DNA of 64,000 nt from an uncultured Acidimicrobiales bacterium. GTDB taxonomy: Bacteria > Actinomycetota > Acidimicrobiia > Acidimicrobiales > SZUA-35. The stretch lies in the NCBI GenBank assembly GCA_963723995.1, contig CAVRSZ010000001.1, positions 1,581,410-1,645,409 of the forward strand, written 5' to 3'. Below the pieces are notes generated by a model, which saw only the letters and a program-made list of their open reading frames with translations, was not told where the DNA came from and made no database searches. The translations under genes were made by a program, and so were the position numbers. The first letter of the stretch is position 1. Each line of letters begins with the position of its first letter. Below are positions 58,684 through 64,000 of this stretch, piece by piece.

Positions 58684-60279
58684 TCAGCCGAGCGTCGATT
58701 CGGCCGACTCACCGAGTTCGAGTGGCCCGACGGCGGCTTGGACCGCCTCGACCAGACCATCATCGGTCAACAACCCGGCCGCCGCCGCCAGTTCCGGCGC
58801 CACCACCCGGTCCGGGCCCGGTCCCGGCACCCGGCGGCGCAGCAGACCCAGGGCGGCCCCGGTCCCGGCCGCCGGTTGCAGCGGGGCCCGGAGTTCCACC
58901 GCCCGGGCGGCCGCCACCCATTCGATGGCCACGACGTGGCGGACGTTGTCGATGACGGTTCGCAGCTTGCGGGCGGCGGCCCAGGCCATTGCCACGTGGT
59001 CCTCCTGGAGGGCCGAAGTGGGGATCGAGTCCACACTGGCCGGGGCGGCGAGACGGCGGTTCTCGGCGCACAGGGCGGCCGCCGTGTACTGACCGATCAT
59101 GAGGCCACTGTCCACACCGGGGTCATCGGCCAGGAACGGGGGCAGGCCATGGGAGCGGTTGTGATCCAACATGCGATCGAGCCGCCGCTCCGACACCGAC
59201 CCGAGCTCGGCCACGGCCATGGCCAGATGATCGGCCACCAGGCCCAGCGGTATGCCGTGGAAGTTGCCGCACGACTCGACCCGACCGTCGGCCAGCACCA
59301 TGGGGTTGTCGATGGCGGCCACCAGCTCACGGTCGATCACGGTGGTGAACCAGTCCAGGGTGTCCCGCACCGCGCCGTGAATCTGGGGCGTGCACCGCAC
59401 CGAGTAGGCATCCTGGACTCGATGATCGTCCTCCCGGTGGCTGGCCACCAGGGGCGAACCGGCCAGCACGGTGCGGAGCACGGCGGCACTGACAGCCTGA
59501 CCGGGGTGGGGCCGAAGGGCGATCAGCTCCGAGGCGAAGGGGCGGTCGGTGGCCAGGACGGCCTCGACGGTAAGGCCGGCGATGATGTCGGCCTGGGTCA
59601 GCAGGCGGGCGACGTCGAGCCGGGCCAGGCACAGCATGCCGAGGATGCCGTCGGTTCCGTTGGTGAGGGCCAGGCCCTCTTTCTCGGCCAGCACCACCGG
59701 TTCCAAGCCGTGGCGGGCCAACGCCTCGGCCGCGGCCAGCGGCTCGGAGAGGTCGGCGTCCACCGTCACCATGCCCTCGCCGATGAGGGCCAGGGCGGCG
59801 TGGGCCAGCGGGGCAAGATCGCCACTGCACCCAAGCGAACCATGCTCCGGGACCACCGGCGTGATCCCGGCGTTCAGCATGGCGGCCATGGCATCGACCA
59901 GCAGCGGTCGGGCCCCACTGGCTCCCATGGCCAGGGTGCGGGCCCGGAGGAACATCATGGCCCGAACCACCTCCGGCTCCACCGGCGGTCCGACACCGGC
60001 GGCATGGGACCGCACCAGCGACACCTGGAGCGTGGCTCGCCGCTCAGGGGGAATGAAGGTGGTGGCCAGGGCGCCGAAACCGGTGGTGATCCCGTAGGCC
60101 GGATCGCGATCGGCTGCCGTGAGGGCCTCGACCACGGCCCGACTCCGGTCCATGGCCGCTCGGGCCACCGGTCCCAGCTCGACCCGGGCCCGGTCTCGGG
60201 CCACGGCGGCAACGTCGTCGATGGTCACCGGTCGACCGTCGAGGACCACGACGGTTGCGTCTACTCGGTTGTCGGTCAC
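58684..60279 (-). CDS. hutH: Histidine ammonia-lyase (MIO enzyme)
   Basis: Contains AYGITTGFGALA, SLVRSHAAGVG (an S-H selectivity pair as in HAL) and GSLGCSGDLAPLAH (the MIO tripeptide is C-S-G here), along with QEDHVAMAW. Confidence 0.85.
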   Translation of the reverse strand: MTDNRVDATVVVLDGRPVTIDDVAAVARDRARVELGPVARAAMDRSRAVVEALTAADRDPAYGITTGFGALATTFIPPERRATLQVSLVRSHAAGVGPPVEPEVVRAMMFLRARTLAMGASGARPLLVDAMAAMLNAGITPVVPEHGSLGCSGDLAPLAHAALALIGEGMVTVDADLSEPLAAAEALARHGLEPVVLAEKEGLALTNGTDGILGMLCLARLDVARLLTQADIIAGLTVEAVLATDRPFASELIALRPHPGQAVSAAVLRTVLAGSPLVASHREDDHRVQDAYSVRCTPQIHGAVRDTLDWFTTVIDRELVAAIDNPMVLADGRVESCGNFHGIPLGLVADHLAMAVAELGSVSERRLDRMLDHNRSHGLPPFLADDPGVDSGLMIGQYTAAALCAENRRLAAPASVDSIPTSALQEDHVAMAWAAARKLRTVIDNVRHVVAIEWVAAARAVELRAPLQPAAGTGAALGLLRRRVPGPGPDRVVAPELAAAAGLLTDDGLVEAVQAAVGPLELGESAESTLG

Positions 60280-60368
60280 GGCGGCTACCCTACTTCACGG
60301 CGTCGACAGGAGACGGTCTCCGGGCCCGGCGACGGGGACGGCGGGCATCGCAACCAAGGAGCGCAGCC

Positions 60369-61148
60369 ATGGGAGAGTTCTCGCTGGTGGAACGAGATGG
60401 TCACCTGATGACCATCACCATCAACCGACCCGAGGTCATGAACGCGCTGCACCCCATGGCCAACACCGAGCTGTCGGCGGTATTCGATGATTTCCAGGCC
60501 GATCCCGACCTGTGGGTGGCCATCATCACCGGGGCCGGGGACCGAGCCTTCAGCGCCGGCAACGATCTCAAGTTTCAGGCCGCAGCGGGAGGACATCGCC
60601 CGGCCCATCCCGCCACCGGCTTCGCCGGGCTCACGGCCCGATGGGATCTGGACAAACCGGTGATCGCCGCCGTCAACGGTGTGGCCATGGGCGGCGGTTT
60701 CGAGATCGCCCTGGCCTGCGACCTCATCATCGCCTCCGACAACGCCACCTTCGCCCTGCCCGAACCGAAGGTCGGGCTGGCCGCCCTGGCCGGCGGCATC
60801 CACCGTCTTCCCCGCCATATCGGGCTGAAGCCGGCCATGGGCATGATGCTGACCGGGCGTTCGGTCAATGCGGCCGAAGGTCGGGAACTGGGGTTCGTCA
60901 ACGAGGTGGTCCCCAGGACCGATCTCATGACCCGGGTTCGGGAATGGGCCGACATGATCCTGGCCTGCTCACCGATGTCGATCCGGGCCACCAAGCAGGC
61001 CGCCTACCAGGGCCTGGAGGAGGCCGGGGTTCGGGCCGCCCATGAACGTCACTACGAGGCGGTCCGGGCCATGGTCGACAGTGAGGATTTCATCGAGGGG
61101 CCGCTGGCCTTCGCCGAGAAGCGACCGCCCCGCTGGAAGGGGCGGTAG
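60369..61148 (+). CDS. Enoyl-CoA hydratase/isomerase family protein
   Basis: Contains ITINRPEVMNAL, ITGAGDRAFSAGNDLK, AAVNGVAMGGGFEIALACD, DFIEGPLAFAEKRPPRW. AAGGAG lies 8 nt before ATG 60369. Confidence 0.9.
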   Translation: MGEFSLVERDGHLMTITINRPEVMNALHPMANTELSAVFDDFQADPDLWVAIITGAGDRAFSAGNDLKFQAAAGGHRPAHPATGFAGLTARWDLDKPVIAAVNGVAMGGGFEIALACDLIIASDNATFALPEPKVGLAALAGGIHRLPRHIGLKPAMGMMLTGRSVNAAEGRELGFVNEVVPRTDLMTRVREWADMILACSPMSIRATKQAAYQGLEEAGVRAAHERHYEAVRAMVDSEDFIEGPLAFAEKRPPRWKGR

Positions 61149-61219
61149 ACGAGCAGTTCCAAAGCTGCGCACCGTCTTGGTGCTCCCCGCTGTGATCTGA
61201 GCACAGCGAAACGGCCGAT

Positions 61220-62734
61220 TCAGGCTCGGGCCCGATAGCTGGCCCGGCCCCCCACACTGTCCTTGTTGAGCCGCTTGGACAGATGCAGACCCTCGAGGAT
61301 CAGCTCCACGGCCGAGGCCACAACCCCGGCCGACAGCCCGGCGATCGACGATTCGGTCGCCGGCGAGTCGGCCGGTTCGGAGCCGGCCAGGTGGGCCACA
61401 AGGGTCTGGAGTGCGGGAACCCGCTGCACCAGCTCGACATAGGCCGATGCCGGGAGATCATCGCCGGCATTGGCCACCACGTCGTCCTCGAACGCCTCCA
61501 CCAGCGATGCCACCGCGCCGGCCGAGTCGGGACCGGAAACCCGCTGCTTGTAGACGGTGAGCACGGCCCCCCGCAGAAGGTGATCGATGACCTCGGCATC
61601 GCGATCCTCGTCCAGGGCTTCGACCTCGATCTTGCCCGCCGTCGATGAGATCAGGGCATCGAGATCGCTGACCCGGGGCACGACCTCGACTTCTCCCAGC
61701 CGCAACGAACGCCGGGTGGCGGCCGCCACCAGCGTCTCCAGATTGGCCACGGTGAGCCGAACCGAGACGCCGGAACGCTGATTGATGTGGGAGCTGCTGC
61801 GGGCCAGATGGGTGAAGGTGGCCACCAGCTCCTCCATGAAGTGGGGCAGCAACAGGGGCGGGGCGTCGGCGTCCGAGTCGTGACCGGGTAGCAGCGCCTC
61901 CTGGCGGGCGATCGAGATCTCGGTCTCGATTTCCAACGGATAGTGGGTGCGGATCTGGGCCCCGAAGCGGTCCTTGAGCGGGGTGATCATGCGGCCCCGG
62001 TTGGTGTAGTCCTCGGGGTTGGCCGAGGCCACCAGCATGACATCCAGGGGTAGGCGAACCTTGTAGCCCCGGATCTGGACATCCCGCTCCTCCAGCACAT
62101 TGAGCAGACCGACCTGAATGCGCTCGGCCAGATCGGGCAGCTCGTTGATGGCGAAGATGCCCCGGTTGGTTCGGGGCACCAGACCGTAGTGCAGGGTGAG
62201 CTCGTCCGACAGGTAGCGACCCTCGGCCACTTTGATGGGATCGACCTCGCCGATGAGGTCGGCCACCGAGGTGTCGGGAGTGGCCAGCTTCTCGCCGAAC
62301 CGCTGATCCCGATGGACCCAGCCGATCGCGGTGTTGTCGCCGTGTTCGGCCACCAGGTCCAGGGCATAGCGGGAGATCGGGTGATAGGGGTCGTCGTTGA
62401 TCTCCGACCCGGCAATGATGGGCATCCACTCGTCGAGCAGGCCGGTCAAGGTGCGGATCATGCGGGTCTTGGCCTGGCCCCGCTCCCCAAGGAAAATGAT
62501 GTCGTGACCAGCCAGGATGGCGTGCTCCAGTTGGGGCAGGACCGTATCCTCATAGCCCAGCACGCCGGGAAACAGCTGCTTTCCCGACCGGATCCGGGCC
62601 ACGGCGTTGGACCGCAGTTCCTGCTTGACCGTCCGGGATCGCCAGCCCGACTGCCGCAGGGCCCCGACCGTTCTCGGCAGATTCTCCGGTCCGGTGCCCG
62701 GATCGATGGCCGACGCTTCCGCTGATTGCTCCAC
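61220..62734 (-). CDS. AAA+ ATPase, Mg-chelatase ChlI-like (often annotated as a sigma-54-interaction-domain protein)
   Basis: Contains FLGERGQAKTR (Walker A-like), IFAINELPDLAERIQVGLLNVLEERDVQIRGY, MLVASANPEDYTNRGRMITPLKDRFG. No VWA partner gene is adjacent. Confidence 0.7.
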   Translation of the reverse strand: MEQSAEASAIDPGTGPENLPRTVGALRQSGWRSRTVKQELRSNAVARIRSGKQLFPGVLGYEDTVLPQLEHAILAGHDIIFLGERGQAKTRMIRTLTGLLDEWMPIIAGSEINDDPYHPISRYALDLVAEHGDNTAIGWVHRDQRFGEKLATPDTSVADLIGEVDPIKVAEGRYLSDELTLHYGLVPRTNRGIFAINELPDLAERIQVGLLNVLEERDVQIRGYKVRLPLDVMLVASANPEDYTNRGRMITPLKDRFGAQIRTHYPLEIETEISIARQEALLPGHDSDADAPPLLLPHFMEELVATFTHLARSSSHINQRSGVSVRLTVANLETLVAAATRRSLRLGEVEVVPRVSDLDALISSTAGKIEVEALDEDRDAEVIDHLLRGAVLTVYKQRVSGPDSAGAVASLVEAFEDDVVANAGDDLPASAYVELVQRVPALQTLVAHLAGSEPADSPATESSIAGLSAGVVASAVELILEGLHLSKRLNKDSVGGRASYRARA

Positions 62735-62807
62735 AACGCGACCCTAGCAGTGCCGTTTCCGGGGAGACATATCGGCACCCTCCTGTCGGACCTCGTAGGC
62801 TCGATTC

Positions 62808-64000
62808 ATGCAGCTGATCGGACCGTGGCGGGCCACCGCCGTCGACGACGAGTTACGGCGCACCGGCGCCGATCCCGGACTCGACGACGGTCACTGGCCG
62901 GTCGTCGCCGTCCCCGGGCACTGGTCGGCCTATCCCGATGTCGATGGTCGGGATGGTCCCGTTCTCTATCGGTCCCGGTTCGAGAATCGTGACGTCGGCT
63001 GTCATGAGCCCGAGCACTGGTCGCAGGAGACGGGCAAACGCTACTGGCTGCGCTTCGACGGGGTCATGAGCGGTTCCGAGGTCTGGCTTGACGGCCGGTA
63101 TCTGGGCGACACGGTCGGCTACTTCGCCCCCCACCGATTCGAGATCACCGACCAACTGCGTCGCCGATCCGAGCACGTCCTGGCCGTCGACGTGTCCTGT
63201 CCTGCCGGTGGTGGACTCGACGACGAGAATCGCACCAAGGTGGCGCTGACCGGATCGCTGCAAACTGGACCGCTGGCTCCACCGGGGAACCCCGGTGGCC
63301 TGTGGCGGCCCGTGTTCATCGACACCACCGGGCCGATCGCCATTCGCCACAGTCGGCTGCTGTGCACCGGTGCCGACGACTTCCGAGCCACCCTGCAGAT
63401 CAGGCTGGTCATGGACGCCGCAGCGTCCACCACCGCAACCTTGACCACGACTGTGGGCGAGCCGGCCGGAGACCCCACGGATCCCGACCGGTACCGGCAG
63501 ATCACCCGATCACAGCAGACCCGCGATCTGGCCGCCGGTGAGAACCGGTTGGAGTGGACCGTCGACATCGAGGAACCGATGTTGTGGTGGCCGGCCGCAC
63601 TGGGGGGCCAGCCTCTGTACCGGGTCGAGGTGACGGTGACCGAGGACGCATCCTCCCAGGTGTCGCCGCCGGTGTCGGACGCCAGGGCTTGGACCACGGG
63701 GCTGCGAGATGTGGAGTTCGACGACTTCGTCTTCCGATGCAACGGGGAGCGACAGTTCCTGGCCACGGTGGCCTACGGACCGGCAGGACCCCACCTGGGC
63801 GACGTTTCGGCGCAACAGTTCGCACAGGATCTGGCTGCGGCCCGCGACGCCGGTTTCGTCATGGTCCGGGTCTTCGGCCACATCACCCGACCCGAGTTCT
63901 ACGAGGAGGCCGATCGAACGGGCATGCTGCTGTGGCAGGACCTGCCGCTGGTCGGCGGCTATTCGTCGAAGGTGCGGCGAGCGGTGAAGACCACGATGCG
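62808..64000 (+). CDS. Glycoside hydrolase family 2 (beta-mannosidase/beta-galactosidase-like), 5' part; continues beyond the window
   Basis: My own translation from ATG 62808 is open to the end of the window: WRATAVDD...VAVPGHWS...YRSRFE...YWLRFDGVMSGSEVWLDGRYLGD..GYFAPHRFEIT...GGLWRPVFI...FRCNGERQFL...DAGFVMVRVFGH...EFYEEADRTGMLLWQDLPL. It is absent from the ORF track because it lacks a stop codon. Confidence 0.7.
   Translation, partial: MQLIGPWRATAVDDELRRTGADPGLDDGHWPVVAVPGHWSAYPDVDGRDGPVLYRSRFENRDVGCHEPEHWSQETGKRYWLRFDGVMSGSEVWLDGRYLGDTVGYFAPHRFEITDQLRRRSEHVLAVDVSCPAGGGLDDENRTKVALTGSLQTGPLAPPGNPGGLWRPVFIDTTGPIAIRHSRLLCTGADDFRATLQIRLVMDAAASTTATLTTTVGEPAGDPTDPDRYRQITRSQQTRDLAAGENRLEWTVDIEEPMLWWPAALGGQPLYRVEVTVTEDASSQVSPPVSDARAWTTGLRDVEFDDFVFRCNGERQFLATVAYGPAGPHLGDVSAQQFAQDLAAARDAGFVMVRVFGHITRPEFYEEADRTGMLLWQDLPLVGGYSSKVRRAVKTTM

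Overview
High-GC, Actinomycetota-like chromosomal window. Positions 1-37.5 kb form one uninterrupted minus-strand accessory locus. It starts with a translationally coupled six-gene operon (37473->25915). That operon encodes a BcsA-like, apparently catalytically dead glycosyltransferase scaffold carrying a PilZ domain, three small TasA/camelysin-like secreted proteins, and two SipW/archaeal-type signal peptidase I modules. One peptidase is fused to a polytopic membrane-GAF-GGDEF-EAL c-di-GMP module, the other to a large DUF2341-LamG-DUF2341 passenger. Downstream lies a tandemly duplicated unit of [TasA-like gene + hairpin + giant multidomain adhesin gene] (25738->15357 and 15171->109). The two giant genes (~3.2k and ~4.7k codons) and the second peptidase gene carry more than 20 frameshifts, whereas the ~26 kb of ordinary genes to the right carry none. 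Positions 37.5-38.9 kb are a 1.4 kb gap with no convincing gene; it contains a cluster of DnaA-box-like 9-mers, several UUCG-capped hairpins and a terminator-like hairpin. A leaderless DUF222-HNH (REP13E12-type) endonuclease gene follows. Positions 40-64 kb hold ordinary metabolic, transport and stress genes: tesB-like thioesterase, DUF427, CodA-like amidohydrolase, PspC, pirin, MarR, YceI, YbaK, amidohydrolase, acyl-CoA dehydrogenase, CopC/CopD, carotenoid oxygenase, DrrAB-like ABC pair, NDH-2, MscS, orphan Opp-type ATPase, aldo/keto reductase, hutH, enoyl-CoA hydratase, ChlI-like AAA+ ATPase, and a partial GH2. I recognised no rRNA, tRNA, CRISPR array, transposase, integrase or reverse transcriptase. 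All domain calls rest on motif recognition by eye, not on database searches.
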